Positions 13,901 to 26,700 of a stretch of 64,000 nucleotides of DNA are shown one piece after another. Source of the DNA: Lophium mytilinum. Taxonomy: Eukaryota. The stretch is taken from positions 1,530,616 through 1,594,615 of the forward strand of contig MU004186.1 of assembly GCA_010093605.1 (NCBI GenBank), written 5' to 3'. The position numbers and the translations under genes were made by a program. The number at the start of each line of letters is the position of its first letter. Positions within the stretch are counted from its first letter, which is position 1. Below the pieces are notes generated by a model. That model worked only from the letters and a program-made list of their open reading frames with translations, had not been told where the DNA came from and did no database searches.

Positions 13901-14954
13901 ACCACGCCCATCCTCACCAGTGAGTGTTTTTCGGGTAGCCGTATGAACAATCAAGCTAACCATTTGCAGTCACCACCATCATCATCACAAAGCAGAGGAT
14001 GAAGCCGCTAGTCTACCTCCTAATGCTGCAGCGGCTCCTTTTAATACTGCTCGATATGGTTCAGCTCAGCCGCAAAGTAGCACCCCAGCGCAGATGGCCC
14101 ATCACCATCACCATTATCACACAGGCCCTCACCACCATCACCACGCACCGAGACCCAGCCAGTCAGCGATCATGCCTCCCCCAAAGCCTGTTATTCCTGA
14201 GCACGATATCTCATCTGTTTTGGCCGATGCCGCCAAGCAACCGCGACGCCATCTGGGAAGTCAGATGTACGAGGCTAAAGTAGAACTCCCCAAAGCGAAC
14301 TCTCAGCTAGACGAGCAATTCGGGTACTCGTCCAAGCCGAAGCCTCTGCCTGATTGGGATTTTAATCCGGTCAACTGCACCTACACGATTCGGGTGCCCC
14401 ATCAGTACCTACGACCCAGAGAACGGTCGCAGATTGTTACGCAGCGGCACCTCTGGGGTGCGGCAGTCTACACGTCCAATTCTGACCCCATCGCGGCTGC
14501 TATGCATTCAGGCTGGCTCCGTGGCGAATGGAACGACTCGGTCAACGTGGAATCGCTCGACCCTCGCCTTTCTGATCCAAACGACCCTTCTGACGCTGAG
14601 GACACGCTCGAGAAGAAACCTAAAGCACCAGTCGTCCCGCCGCCCGAGATGAGTCTCCACATCACATTGCTCATTCTGCCAACACTCAAGGAATACTTCG
14701 CAATGACGGAGTACGGAATCTCGAGCCGCCAGAAGCTAGGTTACGACGGGTGGAGCTTCACGATCCACAAAATGCAGTGGGTGGAAGAGGGGTATGGCGT
14801 GCGTGGGCAAGAGAGGGGTGCTGCGGCGCTGAAGAAAAGGCTGGATGCGAGCAATGCGCTCATGGCTCTCATGAATGGTGAGAGATCATTTGGGAAGATG
14901 AACGGGAGCGGAGTTGCTACCACAGGGAGCGGGATGACGAAGCTGCATGCTTAA
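10977..14954 (+). CDS. RXT3: Rxt3-domain histone deacetylase complex subunit with long disordered His/Pro-rich N-terminus
   Basis: C-terminal domain RRHLGS..NCTYTIRVP..HLWGAAVYTSNSDPIAAAMHSGW..SLHITLLILPTL..YGISSR. Exons 10977-11298, 11859-12011, 12221-13919, 13970-14954 splice in frame. Confidence 0.85.
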
Positions 14955-15521
14955 GACAGACTCTGGAAGCTGTGCTGATATGTTGTGTGCGTGCAGAGCC
15001 GAAGGATCTAGGTCTTCCTGGTAGCGCGGGTGATCATGTTCTGTTCATTCAACCAGTAGTAATTAAGGGGGAGAGTCGGCACTACATGACAGAGGATATG
15101 CAGCAAGAGAAGGACGAGGAATCGTGGTCCGAGATGGAAGATGACATGTGGCCAGAGCTAGAAGACGATTTGCAGCTAGGACCCACGTCGCTCTTCGATC
15201 TGAAGGACTGATGCTGGTGGCAGGTACCTTTGGATGGGGCGAGATTCGGTTGAATAGGGAAAAAGTAATCCCGGGCGTGTGTGTGAAACAAAAGGCAACA
15301 AAGCGCAGAAAGGGAGCCGGAGCCGGAGCGGTTCAGTTTCCTGTCTGTTCTAGCATCGCTATATACCCATACCTTTTGACGCATGAGACGGCCGGCAAGA
15401 GCACATTCTAGGTAGCTTGCGCATAACACAATGAGAGCGATTATTCAGGTAGTCTTGTAATGATATTGGAACGTCTGTGAGGTTTGTGGATTATCTTCTG
15501 AGTATTCCTTGAGTCTACAGT

Positions 15522-15832
15522 CTCTTCTCGCATCCTGTGGTTAGCGCATCTCGTGAATGATGCGTAACTAGAGGCTTTATACCCCTGCAAAAGTTATTCT
15601 AGCCAACGGAATGTCTCCTAATTGCTTTCAGTATACCTACTGTTTTAGTATATGGGTACGCCTGTATAGCACCGTCTGAGGTCCTCCAGTATCCTATCAC
15701 TATTTGAGAAAGGGTAAAGTTGGCGAGCCTGTAAGCTCTCCGGGCCACCTCAAACGGTCTTGAACCGCTTGAGGGTGTACCGTAATTTAACCTTGCAGCC
15801 ACCTGCGCGCTGACCACAGGATGCGAGAAGAG
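15522..15832. repeat. Inverted repeat, 26-bp arms (25/26 match), ~260-bp spacer
   Basis: CTCTTCTCGCATCCTGTGGTTAGCGC at 15522-15547; reverse complement of 15807-15832 is CTCTTCTCGCATCCTGTGGTCAGCGC. Confidence 0.9.
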
Positions 15833-15842
15833 GCAGTAGGGA

Positions 15843-16949
15843 AGTCACGACATCCTTCTTCAGTAATACCTAACTGGAGAATGAATATGGAGCCCTCGCT
15901 CTACTCATTTGAATAGTGATCCTTAGCGCATGCTATAGCTGCCTCCAGGACTTCAAATAAAGCCTGCGTGTCCACCGTCGCGTTATGCAAGTCATCTCGC
16001 CCGATTGAAGAGTGTGGACAAAGTGCTTCATGGACGGTACAGCACATGGACAACGATAGAGCCCACCCAGCCATTTTCGCGGGTGTCTGAGACTAAGTAC
16101 CGCCTTACGGCGCCGGTTGGCGCTCCGCCTTTCGAGATCCGCTCTAATAGACGAGATATATCCGTGGATGGTGAACCAAGCTGCGACCTGTTTGTTGGTT
16201 GCATGGGCAATCCAGTAGCAGGTTCCATGTACTGCGAGGGTCACTTCATCCAATTGATTTGCTCGGGGTCGCTCGAGGCAGGGTCAGTTCCAAATGGCCA
16301 AAGCGTTCGAGAGGAACTGCCCGCGGCATCTCTGTATCCCCTCCAGTGGCTCTCCAAGATGGCACACGAAGCCCCTTCTGATGTCTGGTTACTGGACCTC
16401 GAATTCGTGCCCGTCCGGAAGATGGAGGGCGGCCCCCCACCAATCCCCTTCAGCATCGCGGTTCGAACATTGGATGGCTAATTACTCTTGCATACACGCA
16501 TAGACTATGGCCTATCCCACAATGATATGCTTGGAAAACTATCGCCTTTCCTAGGTCGCAGCAGTAACAACCAGATATCCCCAGGAACAAAAGCACTCTT
16601 GTGCGGTGGATTCTTAAAGGCGTACGGGAATCTTGAACATACCTGTGGTCTTAGTATTGACAGCCTCCGCTGGAAGATACTGGACTGTAGATATAACAAA
16701 GATCGGCACTTTATACTCTCCTGGCACTCAGCGATGGGTATTAAGGTGTGGGTAAGGATCATGGAAGGAGGCAACGATATCCTCGCCCCGGAAGTTGACC
16801 AATACGACTACATGCCAGGTCTCTTGCAACCGATCGCTACTGTGTCTGTCTATACTCTCTGGATTTTTCAAGATGAAGGATCGCGTATCACCTTCTATCT
16901 ACTGCTTGAGCCTATGGGCAGTCACGACATCCTTCTTCAGTAATACCTA
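15843..16949. repeat. Direct repeat pair with 30-bp identical core, ~1.08 kb apart
   Basis: AGTCACGACATCCTTCTTCAGTAATACCTA at 15843-15872 and 16920-16949; weaker similarity continues ~50 bp downstream (CTGGAG.ATGA, CTCTACT, GAAT..TGAT). Confidence 0.92.
15940..16943 (+). pseudogene. Pseudogene of a putative DEDD-type 3'-5' exonuclease-domain protein with an upstream Cys/His motif
   Basis: ORFs 16005-16481 and 16488-16943 are in one frame, separated by TAA at 16479-16481. VWLLDLEF..PIPFSIAVRTLDG*LLLHTRIDY resembles a DEDD ExoI region; CDLFVGC..YCEGH lies upstream. No clear start codon. Confidence 0.55.
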
Positions 16950-18317
16950 GGTAGCTGGAGGATGAGGATGAGGACTCACTCTACTTCTACTCACTGGAAT
17001 GCTGATTCGTGACATAAGTCAGACATAAAAACGGCGTAAGCTGGCGCTGCACACGGTGCTCAATCTGATGGATGAGACAGGGTGGCCGTCGGTGCTTTTT
17101 ATGTCGTGTCGCCCTGATAAGCGGCGTGGGCTCCGCTTTCGCAATGGCGGGATGGGATGGCCCCCTGGCAGAGCTTATTGAGATAATCCCCAGCTCATTC
17201 CTCCTTCTTTCGAATTTCTCAAAGGCCCAATACCCCCAGACATGCAGACTTCTTAGTAGCTTTGGTCCCCACTTGCACCTGACTCTGAGCATCCCAGACG
17301 CCGGGTTCAGCCACGAAAAGAGCCCCTCCCTCGCGCCCGCCCGCCCGCCACACCGGGACGCACTGACTGCGTGGCAGACTGAGCGAACGAAGCGCAGATC
17401 GGAGCGGAATTGAGGGGAACGGTGGTAGATAATATGCCGAGGCCACAGACTCGGGTTAGGAACTACTCCATGTCCAGGGTAAGTCGGCTTTTCTTCTCTC
17501 CACTTTGGGAGTTCTATCGTGGTTTCTTCCTGGTCGAATTTTCGTTCGTGGGGCTGTTTTGTGGAGCGGCGCGATGCTAGATGGGATCGAGGGGCTCCAG
17601 CCCCGGCCGCTCGGGCAGATGCCGCCAGAGAGGATAGAATCGGCTTCATTTCCACGCCCACGAGAGACCTGGGAAGGGCGTCACAAGACGAGGAAGACAG
17701 TTGCCAGCAGCGCGACGCGTGTTAAGAGCCGAGTGTATGCTGAAGTCGCGCCCCTCGGTGTGTGATATCTAACGCCACACCATCGTGGAGCGAGATCGTG
17801 GCCGAATTGTGATACGGAGCACAGCGTGACGGCGGCGCCATCAGATGCAGCAGATCTTGCAGGCACGAAGGAGATTCCCAGGGCACTCGAGCAGCCGCGG
17901 CGCAAATACATATCCAGCATTTGCTGAGGACAGGCTACCGGACCCTTCCCCCTTCTTTCCCACGACGTCGACCCCTCCGCGCTTGCAGCTGGCATGCCCC
18001 GCCCTCCAAAAACATCCGAGCTAAACCGCAGTCCGCGAACATCATCACCTGTTCGCCCACCATACAACTCAACGAGGACATCCAACACCACAACCGCTGC
18101 CAATTGCTGCCATTCTTTCACCATATCTCCCAGGACTGTCACCACGACCCACGCGTCCTCTTTCTGTCCGCTGCTAGCGCCACTGCAGCCACTGCCACAC
18201 CGCCAGACACCCATTGTGTTTCTTTTTCTACAACTTTTTCGCGAACCCTCTATTTCTTCCTCTTCTTTCCACTGCGCCTGAGCCACAAGCTCATTCACAC
18301 CTTCCCTTTCCTTCACC

Positions 18318-19792
18318 ATGGCGGCCAACGGCGTCTTCGCCCCCAACATGCGCTCCGTCCCTACGGGCGAGTTCATTACTCCGAGCAGGAAAACTAACGG
18401 TGCGGGAGTTCAGGCCGAGGACACGCGCATATGCGTTGTGATGGTTGGATTGCCCGCAAGAGGCAAGAGTCTGATTGCGCAGAAAGGTACGCCCACTCTG
18501 ATTTGTACACCAAATGTCGCGTATCTGGGGCTAATCACCTTCTTTGTACAGTCGTTAGATACCTCCACTGGCTATCCATCACCGCTAAGACCTTCAATGT
18601 CGGCCAGTATCGCCGCACCGCCACCCCAAACCCCTCCGCAGAGTTCTTCGATACCACAAACCCTGAAGGCGAGCGGTTACGTCGCGCTGCGGCGGAGGCG
18701 GCCGTCAACGACATGTGCAAGTGGTTCTCTGAAGGTCGAGGCCTCATTGCTATACTGGATGCGACCAATTCCACCAAGGCCCGACGGAGGTGGATTCAAG
18801 AGCGTTGCGCCAAGGAGAACATAGAGACACTCTTCGTGGAGAGCAAGTGCGACGACGAGGACCTCATTATGAGCAACATCCTAGAGGTGAAGACGACATC
18901 CCCAGACTACGTCGGCCAAGATCCTGAAGCTGCGGCGCAAGATTTCAGGGACCGGATACGGAACTACGAGAAGGTCTACCAGACAATCGATGAGGATGAG
19001 TGTGATTTGACCTACGTCAAGTTGATCAACGTGGGAAAGCAAGTAATCATCAATCAGATACAGGACTACTTGCAGAGCCGCGTGGTGTACTACCTTATGA
19101 ACTTGCACATCAAGCCGCGCTCTATCTGGCTTTCAAGGGTGTGTAACCTTCAATCCCAGTAGCTAAACATGCTAATTTTACTCCAGCACGGCGAATCCAA
19201 CTACAATCTCTCGGGCAAAATCGGCGGCGACGCTGACATCTCCGAGCGCGGCGAAGCCTACGCGCGCGCTCTCCCGGGCCTGGTCGCGCAATCCGTCGGC
19301 GACGGCCGCAAACTCACCGTCTGGACCTCCACCCTCAAGCGCACCATCCAAACGGCACGCTTCCTAACCTTTGAGAAGCTCGAATGGAAAGCCCTCGACG
19401 AACTCGATTCGGGCGTCTGTGACGGCCTCACCTATGGCGAAATCGAGCAGAAATACCCCGAAGACTTCAAGCAGCGCGACGAAGACAAGTACAACTACCG
19501 CTACCTGGGCGGGGAATCTTACCGCGACGTGGTCATCCGGCTGGAACCCATCATCATGGAGCTCGAGCGCAGCGAGAACATCCTGATCGTCACGCACCAG
19601 GCGATCCTGCGGTGCATCTACGCGTACTTTATGAACGTGCCGCAGGAGCAGAGCCCGTGGATGAAGGTGCCGCTGCACACGCTGATCAAGCTGACGCCCA
19701 AGGCGTACAGTACGCAGGAGGAGAGGCTGAATGCGGACATCCCGGCTGTTAGTACGTTCCGGGAGAAGGGAAGCAGTGCTAAGCATCAGTGA
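18318..19792 (+). CDS. FBP26: 6-phosphofructo-2-kinase/fructose-2,6-bisphosphatase
   Basis: VMVGLPARGKS, FNVGQYRR, DATNST, SRHGES phosphatase motif split by an intron, GGESYRDVVIRLEP. Introns 18487-18551 and 19139-19186. Confidence 0.96.
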
Positions 19793-21087
19793 TTTGTGGC
19801 AGACCAACGAGATTGAGGAGCGCATCCGGAACGATGATAATCCGGCGTTGTGGGATAAATACGTGGGACTGAGTGGGGGGATTTAGGGTGCGGGTGTGGG
19901 GTGGGGGATGGGATGGTTTGATACGGAGTTGTGAAGGCGGAGGGAGATTGGGACGGCGATATACGCGGCCTGAACCACGAGATCCTCGAACCGACGATAC
20001 GATTCTTTCACGATACGACCACCACCCGATTCGATACGAGATTCGGATACTTCCACTACTGGACAGAGACGGAGGCCTCCCAAACTTCCCCCAGATGTCT
20101 ATTACAACCCGACCCTTCTCTCTACTCCACACTTTCTTTTCTTTCATTTTTTCCTTTCTTTCTGGGGCTTGCGACTTGCCCCATTGTAACGATGCCAGCA
20201 TCTCCACGGCGTTTTTCGGGCTTTCAACGATACGTGCATACGACTGGCGTATGCTAGGGCGGCAGAGTTAAGTATCTGGGGTACGGGCGGCGGTCTACTG
20301 GGTGTTTGGCTTTGCGGGCTTGCATTGGAAAAGGGCGGCATTCCAACTGGTCCCGAGGGCGGATGGGGAGTTTTACATAGATGAGGACAATGATGATGAG
20401 GCTTCTCTGCTCTTGATTTGTGTGCTTTTTTGTGGGTATTTAGTGGATGTGGGTGGTGACTTGAGGGAGAGTTTGAGGGCGTGGTTTGAGGGGTGGTTTG
20501 GAATCTCCCTTCTTTCCCCGTTTTGTCCTTTATTTCCATGTGCGATCAGGTGCCATTCACATGACCCCCGAGCTCTTCGAGTGGGGTGGGGGGTATAAAA
20601 CCTCTTCCTCGCCGGTCGCTCGTTCGAATTCTTCAGGAGGAGAGGCGGGTTTTGGAGAGATTAAAACAGCTCGAAGAAGATCTGAATGGCAGTGGATCTG
20701 GGTGTCTGCGCATCAAAAGTCCACATTCTTAGGCCTCATGGCTGGAGGAGGGGTGGCAGTGGATGAAAACCCAGCCATATATCCTATTTGATGGCTGGGG
20801 AAGAGGAGGGGTGATTGCGTGGGCCATGAAAAGCGGTTTGGTGGTGGTTACCATCATTTCAGAGAAGAAGGACTGTGAGATGAAAGGTTGCGATGAGGTT
20901 CCTAGTTTGGCTTGAGGTGATGGTCGTTATCATGATTGCATAAATTCGTTAAGAGGTTGTAAGTATTCGTCTCTATTGCGTGCTTGCATGCGCCGCACGT
21001 TATGTAAACCACAGCTTGAACTCGACGAGGTGGTTCCGATACGCGAGTGTTTGTACATAATTTTACATAATGGAATAGTTGGTGGTT

Positions 21088-23007
21088 TTAGATCAGAGCT
21101 TGCCCCTTGAACATCCCCTCTCGCACTTCCTTCACCACGTCCGTCCGGTCCCCACGTCCGACGAGTACGATTCCGCGGCCTCTCCTGCCCATCCGTCCCG
21201 TGCGGCCGAGGCGGTGGATGAAGTCGATGGTTGTATGCGGGACATCGTACAAAATAACGTGCCTCACAGCTAGCGTATCGATACCCCTCGACCCCAAATC
21301 CGTTGTAACAATAACCTTCGTATTCAGCAGCCTCCTCCTCCGCTCCGCCAGCGTCGCCGCCTCAGCTCCCTGCCCCGGAAAGAAATTCGCCGTCTTCACG
21401 GCCGGCGCATCTAGCACCGTAGGCTCAGGGACCACCTCCTCGCCCTTGGCCAGGCCCTTGAACGAGGCGAGGATGCGGCCCGCGCGCTCGCCAGAGGTGT
21501 CGCGGTTAAGGGCGACGGCGTCGATGCCCTTGGTGACGAGGTAGTCAGCAACCTCGACGGCCTTCTCGCGCTCGTTGACGAAGACGATGATGCGCTTGAG
21601 GTCGACGTGCTCGGCAGCGCTGCCGTCGTCGGAGTGCTCGGCGGTGGTGCGGCCGATGGTCCAGATGGTGTCGGCGCAGGCGAGGTCTTTGTTGCCGCGG
21701 TAGGGCTCCTTGTTGACGTCGACCACGCCGAGCTGCACGCGGCGCGGGATAGCGTGCAGGTTGGGGGTGACGAGGCGCTTGATGTCTGGGAAGCGCTTTT
21801 CGAGAAAGGAGTCGAGGCGGCGGGGGATGGTGGCGGAGCAGAGGATTAGCTGGCGGAGGGAGGGGGTGGAGCGGTCGATGATGGCGGAGGTGGTGGGCGA
21901 GAAGGAGCGGTCCAGGAGGGAGTCGGCTTCGTCGATTACGAGATGTGTGACGCGGCTGAGGATGTTGGGGTTGCTTTCGGCGATGCTGCCGAGTAGGTGA
22001 GGCGTGCTGATGACTACGTCGACGCCGCTGGGGGAGAAGAGGCGACTGCGGATGACCGTTGCGGTGTTGGCGGCTGATATAGGGGCAGTTCTGAACTTAG
22101 CGACGTGAGATAAGGCCTTTGCGAGTTGGCCGACTTGCACCACGAGCTCTGCTGTAGGTACGAGGATTATAGCGCGGGGCCTTGCGCTGGTGGGGTGGGG
22201 ATCTGTTGATAGCGGAGGAGACTTCAGGCTAAACATATCGGTTCTCTTATTTGCCTGTGCTTCTGCGGCCTTTTCTGCTGCTGTTGCTTGTGCTTCTTCC
22301 TCTGCTTCGGTGACTTCCGCGCGCTTGATGGCATCAATGACGGGTAACAGATATGCCAACGTCTTTCCAGATCCAGTTTCCGCAGCCAACAAAAACTGTT
22401 CCATGCCCTTCTTTTCCACGGGGTTCCTCTTGCGACGGCGGTCGTCAACTCCTAGCAGTGCCGGGATTGCAACTCGCTGTGCAGGCGTAGGAGAAACATC
22501 TTCCAGACCAGGAAGGGCATCCGCGATGGCCTTCTTAAGAGAGGGGAGAAGCGGAAATTTGTCAAAGGTCTCTAGTTCGCTGATCTGGCTCTTGACGGCG
22601 GCTCGGTCGCCGTATGGCACGGGTGCCAGCGTCCGTTGCATCTTCAAGGCCTTGAAAGTTTCCGGTCTCGACCTCGACGACCCCCGCTCTCTTGCATTGT
22701 AGGCCTGCTTGTGTTCCAACTCGGTTCGTTTGCGCTGTGGAGGAGGCTGCACGCGTGCTTCTTTCTGGTTGAGATTGCCGAACGGGTCCAATGCTTTCTT
22801 CTTCGGTGGTTTGCTGTCTGTTAACGACCTAGGTGGATCTCGAGGGCGGCCGACATTGGGGGATAGTTCCATTCGAGAGGGTTTCCGCCTCTGAAGCTGG
22901 CCATAATGGCGCGATTGCTGCCAAGGGGCTTGTATGGACGACGGCTTGGTGTTGAAGATGGATCGAACTTCGCAAAAGAGACAGAGGCGGGACGTCGGGC
23001 GCAACAT
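21088..23007 (-). CDS. MRH4: Mitochondrial DEAD-box RNA helicase
   Basis: AAETGSGKTLAY, PTAEL, DEAD, SAT, SRGID, HRLGRTGRMGRRG; basic N-terminal presequence; single exon, 639 aa. Confidence 0.92.
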   Translation of the reverse strand: MLRPTSRLCLFCEVRSIFNTKPSSIQAPWQQSRHYGQLQRRKPSRMELSPNVGRPRDPPRSLTDSKPPKKKALDPFGNLNQKEARVQPPPQRKRTELEHKQAYNARERGSSRSRPETFKALKMQRTLAPVPYGDRAAVKSQISELETFDKFPLLPSLKKAIADALPGLEDVSPTPAQRVAIPALLGVDDRRRKRNPVEKKGMEQFLLAAETGSGKTLAYLLPVIDAIKRAEVTEAEEEAQATAAEKAAEAQANKRTDMFSLKSPPLSTDPHPTSARPRAIILVPTAELVVQVGQLAKALSHVAKFRTAPISAANTATVIRSRLFSPSGVDVVISTPHLLGSIAESNPNILSRVTHLVIDEADSLLDRSFSPTTSAIIDRSTPSLRQLILCSATIPRRLDSFLEKRFPDIKRLVTPNLHAIPRRVQLGVVDVNKEPYRGNKDLACADTIWTIGRTTAEHSDDGSAAEHVDLKRIIVFVNEREKAVEVADYLVTKGIDAVALNRDTSGERAGRILASFKGLAKGEEVVPEPTVLDAPAVKTANFFPGQGAEAATLAERRRRLLNTKVIVTTDLGSRGIDTLAVRHVILYDVPHTTIDFIHRLGRTGRMGRRGRGIVLVGRGDRTDVVKEVREGMFKGQALI

Positions 23008-23712
23008 TTGGGTATACTGCAGATCAAGAGGAGATGACTAGTTCATTAAAGACGCGTAGGAGTTTTGAAAGGTAGAGGAAAGAAGAAGAGAGTTTCGTGT
23101 AAATGAAGCAATACTCGTACAGCGTGAGGCGGCATGCTCAGAACTTTTTCGCGACAGGAGCGGTCTTCTACGGTAGACTAGTACCCGGCTGCAAGCGTGG
23201 CATGCCCGTTTGCCGTAGGATTCAGGCCGGGATTCTGCCCTGTTCTGTTCCCGCTGTCACGTGCTTTACCGTTGCTCCTCGCGACAACTAAAAATTCGGG
23301 CCGTGCACAGTATTATGGAACCTCGACTCAGCTAAGAGGTTGGCCCTCCCCTCCACCACAACCTCAGCATCTAGCTCCCACAGTTCACTTCTGCCCGTCG
23401 GCCTCTCCTCAATTTCCATACTCTCGCTTGAGACTTCATTGCATTCACTGCCATCATCATTGTGCAGTCGCATCACGGCGATCACTCCTTGACGGAGCGC
23501 GCGCATTCCAGCCGCATTCCATCCGTCGCCGCGGGCACCTTTGCGTCGCCAATTCCTACTCCAGCAGCTACTGCCCGAGTGAGATGCCTTCTGAAGGGGT
23601 AAGAGCCTACTCACGTCTTCTTCAGCGTATCGCATGTATATTAATTGTCCCCGTGCTCCAGGTCCCGCCTCTCCGTATAAACAAAACAACGCCATCCTCA
23701 TCGCCAGTCAAG

Positions 23713-26700
23713 ATGTCCAGCAGCGCCTCCCAGCGACCGCTGTCCGAGATCGGCTCGACGGAGCAGAGAAGAAACTCTCCTAGCTTCAATCAATCTACGA
23801 AGGTATTGCCGACCCGCATTCCTCCTCCTAATCCAGTCTAACCCGTCGCCAGAAACTCATGTTCAATCGAGACTCTTCTCCCTTCGACTCTTCGCCGTTC
23901 AACAACTCCCCGCGACTCTTTTGGAAAGAACGCGACCCAGCTTCCCCCGCCCGCTTCGGATCGGAGAACGAGTTTGAGCGCGACCAGTCCCTGTCGCCCA
24001 AGCGCTCCTCCATCGAGAACCTGAAGAAGGCGTCGCGCGTCAAGAACAGCAGCATGTTCGCTCGCGAACAGAAAAACGAATACGACCCCACTTCTACTCC
24101 AGTCGTCGAGCGCCCGCTTGCTGCCGGTCGCCCCCTCAGCGTGCAGGCCCAAGGTATCACATACGGCGGTCGCGGTCCCGAAGGGCTGCGGAAACCGAAC
24201 GAAGAGTTCAAAGGACATCGTAGAGGCGAGAGTTTGAGCAAGATTCCTCTCCTGCTGAGCCCAAACAACAAACCTCCTGCGCGACCTAACGGAGTCTCCC
24301 CATACAACTCAAACAGCGAGCTAGCGTCGCCGACAAAATCGTCCCTAGCCAGCAACGGCAGGTTCAGCGCTGTTGGCCAGACATACGACCCCGAGTCCAG
24401 CATCTGGTCCGACGACGAGGAGCAGCTCAAACACCAAACGCCGCGTCCCTTGCGCCGACATGCTAAAAGCGTAACCTTCGACGCCGCTCCACCAACAATC
24501 AACGAGTACGAGATGGTCACGCCTGATCCATCGTCGGTTGCTTCTGGGTCAGTACGAGAGGGGAGCTTCGACTCTGTTGAGGACTTTGATGATAGCTTCG
24601 ATCGCGGTTCCATGGACCATGATGACAGCTTTGACGCGTCCCTAGAGGATACCGACAAGACGCCAGTTGTGCTGCCGGAAGATTGGCGACACATGAGCCC
24701 TGAGCTCGCAAATACCTCTTTGGCAGACACATTTGATGATCCTTTCGATGGCAGGGAGGCTAGTCCCATGCCGACCGCACGCCCGAATGGTGTTGCAAAG
24801 TCGGAGAACCGCCAGGGTTCAACCAACTCGGAAGGTGAATCCAGGCCTCTGCCTCCTCTACCTGGGCTTCAAGGAGCGAACAGCCACCGTAGGAGAGACT
24901 CCAGCATTGGACTATCCACCGCGGCTGAGCGAGCGAGTGGCGCGCAGCGGTCTTTGCCGACCCCTCCACGCGCGGCTGGGGTGTCCAAGTCCGACATCCT
25001 CAACATGCGTGATACCTCCATGACGCTTGAGGACAGGCTTCGTCTGATGGGTCTCGAAGATCGCAACACTGATACTCCAACTCAAGAAAGCCACAATGAA
25101 TCCCAGCATTCAAAGTCGCCCCAGAAAGACCAGGGCCTGGGAATACAAGTCCATGTGGACGAAGTCGACGAGGTAGATGATTCCGAAATGGAGTCATTCC
25201 ACATCCCACGAATCTCACGGGAGTCCATTTTACGAAAAGTAAAGAGCCGTAACTTCGACGACTACGAGTGTGACTTCTCCATGGCGTCTAGTCCTGAGCG
25301 GAGCTACGGTGATCTTGCGGACCTCGATCCTGACGTTCCAATTCCTTCTCGAGAAGCCTCTTCAAACTTCGAAGTGGATGTTCCAGACGCGCCAGTCAAG
25401 ACCGAAAGCGATGCCGACAGCGTGGTTGACGCCTACTCCATGACTGAGATGTATAACCCCGAGCGGTCGGTTTCTCAAGTAGACGACTACGATCGTGAAG
25501 CTTCTGTCATACACCACAAGATGGAGCAGCAGCCTCAAGATGACGATGACGCTAGCCTGTACTCCCAGCAGCTGACTGAAGAAGGTGAAAAACCAGACAC
25601 AGTCACGGACTCAGATGGGCCTCCGACACCAAAGGCAGAACACCATACTGTGCCGCAAGCTGAAGCTACTACCACCAGTGACTTGCCTGACTTTGGCTCC
25701 TTCATGGGAGAGGACGATTTCAGGTTGAAATTCGACTCTTACATGGCGCCTTCCGTTCCCAAGGCTCCAGAATCAGCTCCTAGGGAGATCGCTCTTGAAG
25801 CCGCCTTAGAAGTCATACCATCATTCGAAGCACAGCCAGAGCTGGCGCCCCGCCCTTCCACGCCCGAAGATAAACTTCAGCTGCCGCAATTTGCAGGAGA
25901 AGACTCTGAGGACGAGCCAGGTACTCCAGATTCAGTTATCCGGCATCCAATGATTGATTCGCAAGAGCGCGATTCTCCTGTAGTCCCAGAGCCAGTTGCA
26001 ACTATCAAGGCACCTGGCGCAAAGCTCAAGACCCGCCCATCCCTTGTGCAATCCGATTTCAAGACTATGGCAGCTCAGCGTCGGCAAGTCAGTGGGGAGC
26101 GTGCACCACCGATTCCAGAGCGCAGTCCGAAGAGACATTCCATGAGTCTGGATCTTACCAATGGTGATGAAGACGATTCGGTTGAGGGGCATAGCGATGG
26201 ATCAAACAAGGAGAATCCACCACGCCGTCGCGAGAGCAACAGACTGAAGCTCGACATACCGTTTAGCGGAGCCTCGGACGATCTGAGTTTCGGCTTAGAC
26301 GAGGAGTTCGACCGCGTTATTGAGGCCCAGAAGGTAGACCTATTTCCCTTACCCTCTTACGCCCGATTCTCCACATCAGCTGCTGCAACATCTTTGGGTG
26401 ATGCAGGAGAGGAATTTATGTGTGGGGAGGGTTTCCTATACCAGTACAGTCCCACTAACGGATATGTACGCACACAGAAAGGGTACTTGATGAGACAAAA
26501 CACGAAGGTGGTGGTTGCGAGCAGCCGGCAGTTCAGCGATGAGCAGCCGCCAATGTCACCAACCGAGGCGTCTGGTCCAGGCGGCAGAGGTACACGATCG
26601 GCTGGAAGCAGTCCTCGCAAACCTAGCGCTGATCGGAAAGCCTGGACGACGGAGCCGTGGAACGGTAAGGTGAGGAGGAAGAGCATTCGTTCGACTTCTG

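Noticed and set aside
16987..18397. Long overlapping ORFs (224, 231, 158 aa) upstream of FBP26
   Set aside because: No domain or codon bias; consistent with GC-rich promoter and 5' UTR.
19748..19880. Intron-like signals over the FBP26 C-terminus and a protein-like frame after the stop
   Set aside because: The intron would be only 38-42 nt, would remove the IPAVST..AKH tail that I recall as conserved, and neither splice enters the protein-like frame.
23828..24826. 332-aa antisense ORF inside BUD4, and similar shadow ORFs in other genes
   Set aside because: Expected antisense shadows of GC-rich coding sequence.
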